From positions 822,680 to 886,679 of the forward strand of contig JAMPCA010000001.1 in the NCBI GenBank assembly GCA_023666425.1: a DNA stretch of 64,000 bases, in the 5' to 3' direction. Under the pieces are notes generated by a model. That model searched no databases, was not told where the DNA came from, and saw only the letters and a program-made list of their open reading frames with translations. Shown piece after piece: positions 46,582 to 55,166 of the stretch (positions are counted from its first letter, which is position 1; each line of letters starts with the position of its first letter). This DNA is from Muribaculaceae bacterium. Lineage in GTDB: Bacteria > Bacillota > Clostridia > Lachnospirales > Lachnospiraceae. The position numbers and the translations under genes are program-made.

Positions 46582-47005
46582 AACGCCACCTCCTTCCTAT
46601 GTACTCCGGCAAGCCGGGATAAGCTAGGAGGCTACCACCCTGTCATGGATACTTTCCGTAAATATATTATACTATATTTGTGATAATCTGTATATGAAAA
46701 CATGATTAAGAAGAATTGAAATTTTACTATATTCTACCTCTTCCCTCATAGGTTTTGGGAGTACATATTATTCTTGTATATCCGTAAAAGTAATACTCTC
46801 GTAATCCAGCCCGTTAGCCCATGTCTGTAAAGGAGCAGCAGTAAACTTATATACTTTGAAAACCTTTTCGCTGTTTGTTTATATGAAACAGGAGGATGGG
46901 TCATATTGCCCATCCTCCTGTCATGTTCCGTTTACGCTTATTTTACTGTGATCTTAGTCCTGACACTCGCGCCGTTTAAGGCGGTGACATAAATGTAACC
47001 GGTTC

Positions 47006-47231
47006 CCTTTCCTTTTGCCGTGACTTTTCCGCCTGCACTCACGGCTGCGACTTTTTCATTGTCTGAAAAGTACCGCAGTCTGGGCCCGTGGGATTTTTTC
47101 GTGCCCGGTGGCTCGATTGGCTTTTTCAGCTTTTTTATGCTTTTCAGCTTTTCAGGCTCGGGCGGGCTTTATAAGTACAGTGTCTCTGTTATACCATGTC
47201 CACCCGCGGACAAGTCAACTGTTTTTTGAAA
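47006..47231. repeat. direct repeat copy B
   Basis: See copy A. The pair brackets a 785-bp AT-rich segment carrying the Hol-Tox-like gene. Confidence 0.85.
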
Positions 47232-47262
47232 GAATAAATTTCTTATAACTTTGCCCGGCGTA

Positions 47263-47472
47263 TCACCTTTCCCTCCACTCCTCTGCCAGATCCTCTGCAA
47301 TATAATCTTCATCCATACAATGCAAATCAGACACGCCTTCTCTGATCAGCTGATATTCCACAGAATGGTAAAAGAAATCTAATGCCTGTCTTGTGTTAAT
47401 TCCAACTTTTTGGGCAAAAAGCGGGATAATTCTTGCATATTTCATATGAAGCAAGGTTTTATTTGCCCTCAT
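47263..47472 (-). CDS. DUF3791-like small protein
   Basis: 69 aa. Lies directly downstream of a DUF3990-like fragment, the usual DUF3990-DUF3791 gene pairing in Clostridia. Family assignment is from memory of sequence style. Confidence 0.5.
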   Translation of the reverse strand: MRANKTLLHMKYARIIPLFAQKVGINTRQALDFFYHSVEYQLIREGVSDLHCMDEDYIAEDLAEEWRER

Positions 47473-47556
47473 ATCGCATAACTCCTTTCAAAATGCAGAT
47501 ATTCTTTTATAATCTGATTCGTCCTTAAGCAAATCTGGAAATTAGGTTTCATAACT

Positions 47557-47727
47557 CTACACATTCCTCGGAACAGGAATCCCTCTGTGTATGTATTGCT
47601 TACACCATCTCACTGCCTGTTCCTCTAATGGTGTCACATAAAATCCAACGCCAAAATCCAGCCGCTGTCTGGAATGTGATATATCCGGGAGAGATACTTC
47701 CATATAGGAGCCATGATAAACCTTCAC
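47557..47727 (-). pseudogene. truncated DUF3990-like gene (N-terminal 56 codons only)
   Basis: Minus-strand frame encodes (GTG)KVYHGSYMEVSLPDISHSRQRLDFGVGFYVTPLEEQAVRWCKQYIHRGIPVPRNV then stops. This matches the N-terminal YHGS / DFGxGFY signature of DUF3990 proteins, which are normally about 160 aa. The track 85-aa ORF at 47600-47857 is in a different frame. Confidence 0.45.
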
Positions 47728-47853
47728 ACCTGAATCCCCCTCTCTTCCATCGTTTCCAGAATATTATCCAGAATATAATCCTTCCCCTGCGTATGCAATA
47801 TATCATAGCAGGGAATAATTGTACAATAACTTTTCCTTTTAAAAAGAAAACAA

Positions 47854-48786
47854 TCACGGAATCCTCTTATTTTCAGCCATATACAAATCGTACCACTGCT
47901 GCCGCGTCAGGCAGACCTTAAGCGCCTCACAGCTCTCCCTTAAATGCACCGGAGAGGTGGTGCCTATGACCGCCTGCATATTTGCCGGATGGCGCAGGAT
48001 CCATGCAAGTGCAATCGCGCTCTTTGTCACCCTGTATTCGGCGGCAAGGCTCTCAAGAAGCGCATTTAGTCTGGCATACTTTGGATTGTCGATAAAGCTG
48101 CCATCCGCCCATGAGGCCTGCAGGGGACACCACGTCTGAACCGTAATATCGTGCAGACGGCAATAATCCAGCATTCCGTGATCTCTGTCAGCCGCGTGAT
48201 CGTCTGCCATATTTACAAAGAAATCGCTGTCCAGCATATGGCTGTGAATGATGGAAAACTGCAGCTGGTTACAGATGAGAGGCTGTTTCAGGTACTTATT
48301 CAGAAGACGCAGCTTTCCAACACTGTGATTGGACACGCCAAAATAACGAACCAGCTTCTTCTCATGTAGCTCGTCAAAGGTCTCCGACAGTTCAACGGGA
48401 TCGCACAGGGCATCCGGCCGATGCAACAGAAGAATATCCAGATGGCTGGTATGAAGCCTTTCCAGAGAATGCTGCACCTGATTCATAATGTACTCCCTGG
48501 AGGTATCATAGCGCAGCCCTCCCGCATACTCCTGCACAATGTCGCACTTGGACTGGATCAGCATCTGCTCACGAAGCTCCGGGTTTTTGGCAAGCACTTT
48601 GCCGAAAATCCTCTCGCATTCGCCTTTCCCGTAAATATCCGCATGGTCAAAGAAGTTGATTCCCTGCGCAAGAGCCTCGCGAATAAGTATCTCCACCTCT
48701 TCCTCATTTTTCTCCGCGATGCGCATCATGCCAAGCGCCAGCCGGGAAACTTTTAAGTCTGTGTTTGCAATCTGAATGTAATCCAT
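47854..48786 (-). CDS. aldo/keto reductase
   Basis: AKR motifs (LGMMRI, FFDHADIYG, IGVSNH). Start set at the ATG at 48786, which has a GGAGGAG SD. Confidence 0.85.
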   Translation of the reverse strand: MDYIQIANTDLKVSRLALGMMRIAEKNEEEVEILIREALAQGINFFDHADIYGKGECERIFGKVLAKNPELREQMLIQSKCDIVQEYAGGLRYDTSREYIMNQVQHSLERLHTSHLDILLLHRPDALCDPVELSETFDELHEKKLVRYFGVSNHSVGKLRLLNKYLKQPLICNQLQFSIIHSHMLDSDFFVNMADDHAADRDHGMLDYCRLHDITVQTWCPLQASWADGSFIDNPKYARLNALLESLAAEYRVTKSAIALAWILRHPANMQAVIGTTSPVHLRESCEALKVCLTRQQWYDLYMAENKRIP

Positions 48787-48813
48787 ACTCTCCTCCAATT
48801 TCATTATTATTTT

Positions 48814-50163
48814 TTATGCCCTCTTAAGCCGGTAGCGCCGGGAAGGGCGCACCAGAATCGTTACCAGAAGAATCGCAACTGCCGTCACACCCAGACTAAT
48901 GGGATAGACCTGCATGATCGTTGCAAATGCGGGATTTTTCTGAAACACGGTAAAAATCCACACCAGTCTCACGCCGCAAATCCCCACCACCGAGCACGCC
49001 GCCGGTATAAAGGATACCCCGTAGCCCCGCAGATAACCGGACAGCCCCTCCTGCGCAAAGCTGAACAGATAGGCAGCGAAAATGTAACACAGCCGTATGT
49101 AGCCCGTATCAATGACCGCGGGATCCTGATTAAAAATGCCAAGCAGCGGCTTTCCAAAGAAAAGTATCACGCCGCAGGTGACAGCGGTGGCCGCCGCCGA
49201 CTGCAGCAGGCACAGCTTAAGGGTTCTGATACATCTGTCATTCTGCCCCGCGCCAAAATTCTGCCCCACAAAAGTCGTGCATGCCTGCCCGAAGGAATTC
49301 ATCACATAGTAGGCAAAAATCTCCAGATTAAAGGCGGCCGAGGAGGCGGCCATCACCGTCGTGCCAAGGCTGTTGACTGCCGACTGGATCACAATATTGG
49401 CGAAGGAAAAGATCATACCCTGCACGCCCGCCGGAACACCGATTTTTAGAATCGAAGAGAGAATCCTGCCGTCTATCCGCATATTTTTCAGCGTGACCTG
49501 AATCGCCAGATCCGTCTTTAGCAGAGCGGTAAAGAGTATGGCAGAGCTGACCAGGTTTGCGATTACGGTCGCAAGCGCGACGCCGTCCACATCCATGCCA
49601 AGCACGCACACAAAGAATAAATTCAGCAATACATTGCTCACGCCGGAAATCACAAGCGCAATCAACGGCGTTCTCGTGTTGCCGCAGCTTCTGAATATGG
49701 CCGCCTCAAAATTGTAGAGCAAAATTACGGGCATGCCGAGCAGATAAATCCGCAGATACCGGACAGCCATTGCAAAGACTTCCCCCGGCACGCCGAGAAG
49801 CGCCACCACATTTGCCGCGAGCAGCTCTCCGAGAACCGCTATGCCGATTCCTCCGAGCAGCGCGACAATGATCGAGGTATGTACAGCCCTGGAAATACTT
49901 TTTTTATCGTCCTGTCCAATCGCTTTTGCGATGATCACATTGCTTCCCAGCGAAATTCCCACAAACAGATTGACCAGCAGGCCGATGACCGGACTGTTGC
50001 TTCCAACCGCCGCCATCGCCTCCTTGCCTGCAAATCTCCCGACCACCGCGATATCCGCCGCGTTGAACAGCTGCTGTAAGATTCCTGTGGCCGCAAGCGG
50101 CAGGGTATATCTTATAATCTTACCGCCAAGAGAACCATGGAGCATATCCATGTCTGTACGCAT
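48814..50163 (-). CDS. MATE-family efflux transporter
   Basis: 12-TM MATE topology. Start set at MRTDMDML (50163). Track ORF starts at 50289. Confidence 0.75.
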   Translation of the reverse strand: MRTDMDMLHGSLGGKIIRYTLPLAATGILQQLFNAADIAVVGRFAGKEAMAAVGSNSPVIGLLVNLFVGISLGSNVIIAKAIGQDDKKSISRAVHTSIIVALLGGIGIAVLGELLAANVVALLGVPGEVFAMAVRYLRIYLLGMPVILLYNFEAAIFRSCGNTRTPLIALVISGVSNVLLNLFFVCVLGMDVDGVALATVIANLVSSAILFTALLKTDLAIQVTLKNMRIDGRILSSILKIGVPAGVQGMIFSFANIVIQSAVNSLGTTVMAASSAAFNLEIFAYYVMNSFGQACTTFVGQNFGAGQNDRCIRTLKLCLLQSAAATAVTCGVILFFGKPLLGIFNQDPAVIDTGYIRLCYIFAAYLFSFAQEGLSGYLRGYGVSFIPAACSVVGICGVRLVWIFTVFQKNPAFATIMQVYPISLGVTAVAILLVTILVRPSRRYRLKRA

Positions 50164-50301
50164 TTTCTTCACCTGTCCTTTCTGGAACAATGTGGGCAAG
50201 CCCACTTCCACTCTCCTGCCTCCCACGGCAGCAAAGTCTATTCTGTGATACAAAAACGGGGGCGGAACCCCACCCCCAAAAACCTTCACGCTATGTATTG
50301 T

Positions 50302-50820
50302 CTATGCTCTTTTTTGTCCGAAAATAGTGCTCTTATAAGGCGTCAGGGCACGCATAAGAATCGTTCCCAGCACACATACGGAAAACAGCTCCCCAATCGC
50401 AATCGTTGCCATATTGAAGGGAATCGACCAGTCCACGCCTCTGTAAATCGTCTGAAAACCGTAGCCATACCGGAGCACGAAGGGCACAATCAGCACATTC
50501 GCCGCTACCGGCGGCAGCGTACACAAAAAGCTGTGCCTGCGCAGCAGATAGGTGCCAACCGCCCCAAGCAGGGTCGCAAGGCTGCCAAAAATCACATCCC
50601 AGATGATCGCCCCGGTGGTGAGATTGGCAATCAGGCAGCCGATCCACAGACCCGGAATCGCCGCCGGCGTAAAAAAGGGCAGGATGCACAAGGCCTCTGA
50701 AAACCGGATCTGCACTGCGTGGGACGCCAGCCCCAGCGCATTGGCAGCATAGGTCAGCACCACATACAGCGCCGCAATACCTGCCGCCTGCACAATAAAC
50801 GTTACTTTTCTGTCTCTCAT
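50302..50820 (-). CDS. queT: QueT-family queuosine-precursor transporter
   Basis: 172-aa membrane protein. Conserved QueT N-terminus (AALYVVLTY...IQFRFSEALCILPFF). Confidence 0.75.
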   Translation of the reverse strand: MRDRKVTFIVQAAGIAALYVVLTYAANALGLASHAVQIRFSEALCILPFFTPAAIPGLWIGCLIANLTTGAIIWDVIFGSLATLLGAVGTYLLRRHSFLCTLPPVAANVLIVPFVLRYGYGFQTIYRGVDWSIPFNMATIAIGELFSVCVLGTILMRALTPYKSTIFGQKRA

Positions 50821-50831
50821 TATTCTCTTGT

Positions 50832-50875
50832 CTCCTTTAGTTTTGTTTTACGAGTGGAAGGTTTCGAACACTCGG
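50832..50875 (-). promoter_or_regulatory. preQ1-I-like riboswitch in the queT leader
   Basis: Minus strand GAGUG-UUCGAAACCUUC-CACUC followed by the tail GUAAAACAAAACUAAAGGAG. The pattern is a 5-bp P1, an A/C-rich loop, and an ACAAAAC-type tail ending in the SD (AAGGAG). A TTGCAT-17-TATACT promoter lies at 50924-50952. Confidence 0.55.
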
Positions 50876-50980
50876 TGTAGATTGACTGAAAATTCCTGAT
50901 ATGGGACATTTCCAGCAGGAGCTAGTATAACACAGTACAGAAGAAAATGCAAGATTTGCACAAAAATCAATTTTTGCGGG

Positions 50981-51769
50981 TCATTCATTTTCCGTGCGCA
51001 GATACTGGTACATATTTTTGAGCGCATTCTTCTCAAGTCGGGAGACCTGCGCCTGGGAAATGTGAATCTCCTCCGCCACCTCGATCTGCGTCTTTCCCTC
51101 AAAGAAGCGCAGCTTAATGATGCGCTCATCCCGTTCATTTAACCGTGAGAGCGCATCACTCAGGGAAAGATCCTCTACCCAGTTGTCCTCCTTATTTTTT
51201 TTGTCGGAAATCTGATCCATGACATAGAGTGTGTCCCCTCCGTCTGTGTAGACCGGATCAAAAAGACTGAGCGGCGTCTGGATCGCATCCAGCGCGTAGA
51301 CGATATCCTCCACCGCTATGCCGCTGGCCTCGGAAATCTCCTCCAGCGTCGGCTCCCTCGTGGCGGTGCGGGCAAGCTGCTCCTTGGCCTGCATCGCCTT
51401 GTAAGCCGTATCCCGCAGGGAGCGTGGGATACGGTAGCTGCTGTTGTCCCTCAGATAACGGCGGATTTCCCCGATAATCATGGGAACTGCATAAGTTGAA
51501 AATTTTACCCCTACATTTACGTCGAAATTGTCAATCGCCTTCATCAGTCCGATGCAGCCAATCTGAAACAGATCGTCCACGTTCTCGTTATGATTGTTAA
51601 AGCGCTTGATGATGGAAAGGACAAGGCGGAGATTCCCCTGTATATAGGTATCTCTGGCCTTTTGATCCCCCTTTTTGATGCGGGCGAAGAGCTCGTCCTT
51701 TTCCTCTTCCTTTAAGATAGGAAGCTTGGCGGTGTTGACGCCGCAGATCTCGACCTTGTAGGTTGCCAT
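50981..51769 (-). CDS. sigG: sporulation sigma factor SigG
   Basis: Collinear with B. subtilis SigG (KVEICGV, GNLRLVLSIIKRFNN, FSTYAVPMIIGEIRRYLRDN). Confidence 0.9.
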   Translation of the reverse strand: MATYKVEICGVNTAKLPILKEEEKDELFARIKKGDQKARDTYIQGNLRLVLSIIKRFNNHNENVDDLFQIGCIGLMKAIDNFDVNVGVKFSTYAVPMIIGEIRRYLRDNSSYRIPRSLRDTAYKAMQAKEQLARTATREPTLEEISEASGIAVEDIVYALDAIQTPLSLFDPVYTDGGDTLYVMDQISDKKNKEDNWVEDLSLSDALSRLNERDERIIKLRFFEGKTQIEVAEEIHISQAQVSRLEKNALKNMYQYLRTENE

Positions 51770-51879
51770 GTACTACTTACCTCCCCAGATGATACATCAC
51801 TGTATACAAAAGAGGATGGACAAATTGGGGAGAATTTATTCATGGCATGAACGCTTCCCGGCAAAAAAGAATGCAGATT

Positions 51880-53481
51880 TTAACGCTCCCATTTCTCGCA
51901 GAGTGAATTGATCTGGTCTGCAAATTTTGCCAGATCCTTGTTCGCCATGCCCTGACATTTCCGGATCACTGCCAGCAGCCGTTCCCCGGCGATCACCAGC
52001 CGGTCGAATACACTGGAGCCTGCCCGGTACACCTTCTCCTTCTTCACTACATGCTGTCTGCTGCCCTGCGCCACCTGTACGCCCGTAAGCAGATCATAGG
52101 CGTCGCCGCTGTAGGGGGCAACGGCGTCAAAGCCCGTCTCCGTCCTGACATGTTCAACAAAGGCTTCCGCGGTGCTCTCCTCCCCGTGAACGACAAAAAC
52201 CTTTTTCGGCGGGGTGGTAAAAGCCGAAATCCAGCGGAGCAGATGCTCCTTATCCGCGTGGCCGCTGTTGCCCGGCAGCCTTATAATCTCTGCCCGCACA
52301 TCAATCTCCTCCCCAAAGAGCTTCACCTGCTTCGCCCCGTTTAAAAGGGCGTAGCCCAGCGTGCCCGGCACCTGAAAGCCCACAAAGAGTATGGTGGAAT
52401 CCCTGCGCCAGAGATTGTGCTTGAGATGGTGGCGGATCCGGCCCGCCTCGCACATGCCGGAGGCCGAGATAATCACCTTGGGCTTTGCGTCAAAGTTGAT
52501 CATGCGGGACTCGTCGCTGGAGACTGCCACCTTAAGCCCCGGAAAGCGGATCGGGTTCACGCCGGACTCCACCAGACGGATGGCCTCCCCGCTAAAACAG
52601 TCCCTTACGCTTTTATGGAAAATACTGGTGGCCTCCACCGCCAGCGGGCTGTCCATGTAGACCTCGAAATTCGGAAACTCCGGCAGAAGTCCCTCCGACT
52701 TGATTCTTCGGATAAAATAGAGCATCTCCTGCGTCCGCCCCACTGAAAAAGCCGGAATCACTACATTTCCGCCCCTCGTAAAGGTGACGTTCATCACCTT
52801 CGCAAGCTCCTTCGCATAGTCCGGCAAAATCTCGTGGTTGCGGTTGCCGTAGGTGGACTCCATCACCACATAGTCCGCCTCCGCTATGTACTCCGGATCC
52901 TTGAGCAGCGGACGGTTCCCGTTGCCGATATCCCCGGAAAAAACAATCTTCTTTGTCACGGCATTTTCCGTAATCCACATCTCAATCGAGGAGGAGCCCA
53001 AAAGATGCCCCGCATCCACGAAGCGCACATAAAAGCCTTCCGCAATCTCAAGCCTCTCATGGTAATCGCAGGGCACGAAATGCTCCATCACGCCCACTGC
53101 ATCCTCCAGATTATAGAGCGGCGTAACCTCCGTCTTTCCGGCACGCTTCGCCTTCCGGTTCTTCCACTCCGCCTCGGACTGCTGAATGTGGGCGCTGTCC
53201 TTTAACATAATGTCACAGAGCTCGCAGGTACCCCTTGTGGCATAGATTTTCCCGCGAAAGCCGTGGCTGTACAGAAGCGGCAGAAGCCCGGAATGGTCAA
53301 TGTGGGCGTGGGTTACAAAGACATAGTCGATGGTGGCGGCATTCACCGGAATCTCCTGGTTCACATACAGATCCGGCCCCTGCTCCATGCCACAGTCCAC
53401 CAGAAGATGCGTCTCCCCGAAGGAAAGGTAATGACAGCTCCCGGTCACTTCCCGGTCTGCCCCCAAAAATTCAAGTATCAT
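51880..53481 (-). CDS. beta-CASP family MBL-fold ribonuclease (CPSF/RNase J-like)
   Basis: 533 aa. N-terminal LGADREVTGSCHYL..LLVDCG, MBL HxHxDH motif (THAHIDH), beta-CASP and RMMBL-like C-terminus. Confidence 0.75.
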   Translation of the reverse strand: MILEFLGADREVTGSCHYLSFGETHLLVDCGMEQGPDLYVNQEIPVNAATIDYVFVTHAHIDHSGLLPLLYSHGFRGKIYATRGTCELCDIMLKDSAHIQQSEAEWKNRKAKRAGKTEVTPLYNLEDAVGVMEHFVPCDYHERLEIAEGFYVRFVDAGHLLGSSSIEMWITENAVTKKIVFSGDIGNGNRPLLKDPEYIAEADYVVMESTYGNRNHEILPDYAKELAKVMNVTFTRGGNVVIPAFSVGRTQEMLYFIRRIKSEGLLPEFPNFEVYMDSPLAVEATSIFHKSVRDCFSGEAIRLVESGVNPIRFPGLKVAVSSDESRMINFDAKPKVIISASGMCEAGRIRHHLKHNLWRRDSTILFVGFQVPGTLGYALLNGAKQVKLFGEEIDVRAEIIRLPGNSGHADKEHLLRWISAFTTPPKKVFVVHGEESTAEAFVEHVRTETGFDAVAPYSGDAYDLLTGVQVAQGSRQHVVKKEKVYRAGSSVFDRLVIAGERLLAVIRKCQGMANKDLAKFADQINSLCEKWER

Positions 53482-53552
53482 AACAATACCCCCTCTGCTG
53501 TAATATGAAGTAAAAATCTCTCTTACTACAAATTATAGCACATTCAGGTCTG

Positions 53553-54290
53553 TTACTCTACTTTTTCTATCTCTTTCTTTAAGCGGAGAATAATTTTTTT
53601 CTCCAGGCGTGAGATGTAGGACTGGGAGATGCCGAGAAGGTCTGCAACCTCTTTCTGTGTCAGCTCCCGTCCGTCCTTCTGGCCGATTCCATAGCGCAGG
53701 CAGATAATCTGTTTCTCCCTCGCCCCCAGCTTGTTTACAGCATTGCGCAAAAGCCCCAGCTCCACCTCATTTTCCATGTCCCGGTAGATAATATCCTCGT
53801 CCGTCCCCAGAATGTCGGAAAGCAAAAGCTCATTTCCGTCCCAGTCCACATTCAGCGGCTCGTCGATGCTCACTTCCAGCCTGACCTTGTTATTGCGCCT
53901 CAGGTACATGAGGATCTCGTTTTCGATGCACCGGCTGGCATAGGTGGCAATTTTAATATTTTTTCCGGGATTAAAGGTATTGATTCCCTTAATCAGTCCA
54001 ATCGTCCCGATGGAGATCAGATCCTCCACGCAGATTCCTGTATTTTCAAATTTCTTGGCCAGATAGACCACGAGCCGCAGATTGTGCTCGATCAGCATCT
54101 TCCGCGCATCCTCCGCCGAAAAAGCATTCTCCCCGCCGCAGATTTCGGTGGAGAGGGCAACCAGACACTTTTTCTCCTGCTCCGTCTCCAGCGGCGGCGG
54201 CAATATGTCTGCCCCGCCAATATAAAATACCTCATCCTCCGCCAAAAGCATGTGAATCTTCATCCATATCTGTGATAAAACCCGCTTCAT
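53553..54290 (-). CDS. sigE: sporulation sigma factor SigE (pro-sigma-E)
   Basis: Collinear with B. subtilis SigE (YIGG..LPPPL pro-sequence, [33 protein letters not shown]). Start set at MKRVLSQ (54290), which has an AAAGGAGTG SD. The ATG overlaps the spoIIGA TGA. Confidence 0.9.
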   Translation of the reverse strand: MKRVLSQIWMKIHMLLAEDEVFYIGGADILPPPLETEQEKKCLVALSTEICGGENAFSAEDARKMLIEHNLRLVVYLAKKFENTGICVEDLISIGTIGLIKGINTFNPGKNIKIATYASRCIENEILMYLRRNNKVRLEVSIDEPLNVDWDGNELLLSDILGTDEDIIYRDMENEVELGLLRNAVNKLGAREKQIICLRYGIGQKDGRELTQKEVADLLGISQSYISRLEKKIILRLKKEIEKVE

Positions 54291-55072
54291 GTAATCACTC
54301 CTTTCGCTCCGTTTAATATCATCCGATAACTCTTCCCCTCCAGCAGCTCCTGCTCTGCTTTTCCCAGACACACGTCCGACAACGTGCGCGTGCTTTTTCC
54401 ATCTTTAATCTGCATTTTTTCGACGCGAAACACCCGAATCCACCCCTCCCTTGTGCCGAGGGACTGAAAGGGAATCAGATTTACCTCGCCCTCATTCAAA
54501 AGCGCAAGCTCCTCCAAAATTCCCGGGCTTGCAATATGTACGGGCTCTCCGGCCGCCGTTGCCAGCAGATTCCCGGAATCGAAAAGCCCCAGACATTTCA
54601 CGCTTTTACTTCCGTGAAACAGCGTCACGGAATAGAGCCGTCCCTGCCGCCGCAGGGAGCTTCTTGTTACCCCGACAAGCGTCCGCGCGACCGGAAGCGC
54701 AAGCAGCGCCATATAGAATGCCGGCGCCTGAATCCCGGTCAGATTTTGAACTGCCTCCGCCACTCCGTTTAAAACCACGATTGCAAACAGGCTCACTAAA
54801 AAGCGGATACAGAAATCCTTTTTTCCATTCCAGCCAAAGGCAAACAGCAGCATGACCGGAACCGCGGCAACTGCCAGCCAGCGAACCCCCGGCAAAAACA
54901 ACACAAAAAACGCAGAGACCAGCGTCATGCACAGTGCCGCAAGTCCCATGCGCAGACAGCGGAGGGACACCTGACATTTACAAAGCATATAGGTGAGGGA
55001 TAATACAGCCAGATTCATCAAAAAATTCTGTACCAGAAACAGATCTATGTAGAATACATAAATAAAAATCAC
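54287..55072 (-). CDS. spoIIGA: sigma-E processing peptidase SpoIIGA
   Basis: Polytopic N-terminus plus C-terminal aspartic-protease-like region. Lies between ftsZ and sigE as in other endospore formers. The track start is a GTG sitting inside the SD, so the true start is uncertain. Confidence 0.75.
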   Translation of the reverse strand: MIFIYVFYIDLFLVQNFLMNLAVLSLTYMLCKCQVSLRCLRMGLAALCMTLVSAFFVLFLPGVRWLAVAAVPVMLLFAFGWNGKKDFCIRFLVSLFAIVVLNGVAEAVQNLTGIQAPAFYMALLALPVARTLVGVTRSSLRRQGRLYSVTLFHGSKSVKCLGLFDSGNLLATAAGEPVHIASPGILEELALLNEGEVNLIPFQSLGTREGWIRVFRVEKMQIKDGKSTRTLSDVCLGKAEQELLEGKSYRMILNGAKGVIT

Positions 55073-55166
55073 CTCCTGTTCCTGCTATTATAGAGAATGT
55101 AAACTCTATATTTTGGCAGAATCAGGAGGTCTGATTCGATAACTTATTGACTTTTTCAGACAAAAA

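Noticed and set aside
46409-46627. 72-aa plus-strand ORF overlapping the Hol-Tox-like gene
   Set aside because: It starts with GTG and no SD, and runs through an intrinsic terminator at 46433-46470. It is better explained as a non-coding antisense transcript that ends at that terminator.
47600-47857. 85-aa minus-strand ORF upstream of DUF3791
   Set aside because: It is in the wrong frame relative to the DUF3990-like signature (…YHGS…DFGVGFY…), which is found in the +1 frame. It is treated as a by-product of a degraded gene.
54084-54275. Small ORFs inside sigE/spoIIGA and the many 60-130 aa antisense ORFs in pur, glycolysis and dcw genes
   Set aside because: They are fully contained in strongly supported conserved genes. 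They are a GC-rich antisense frame artefact.
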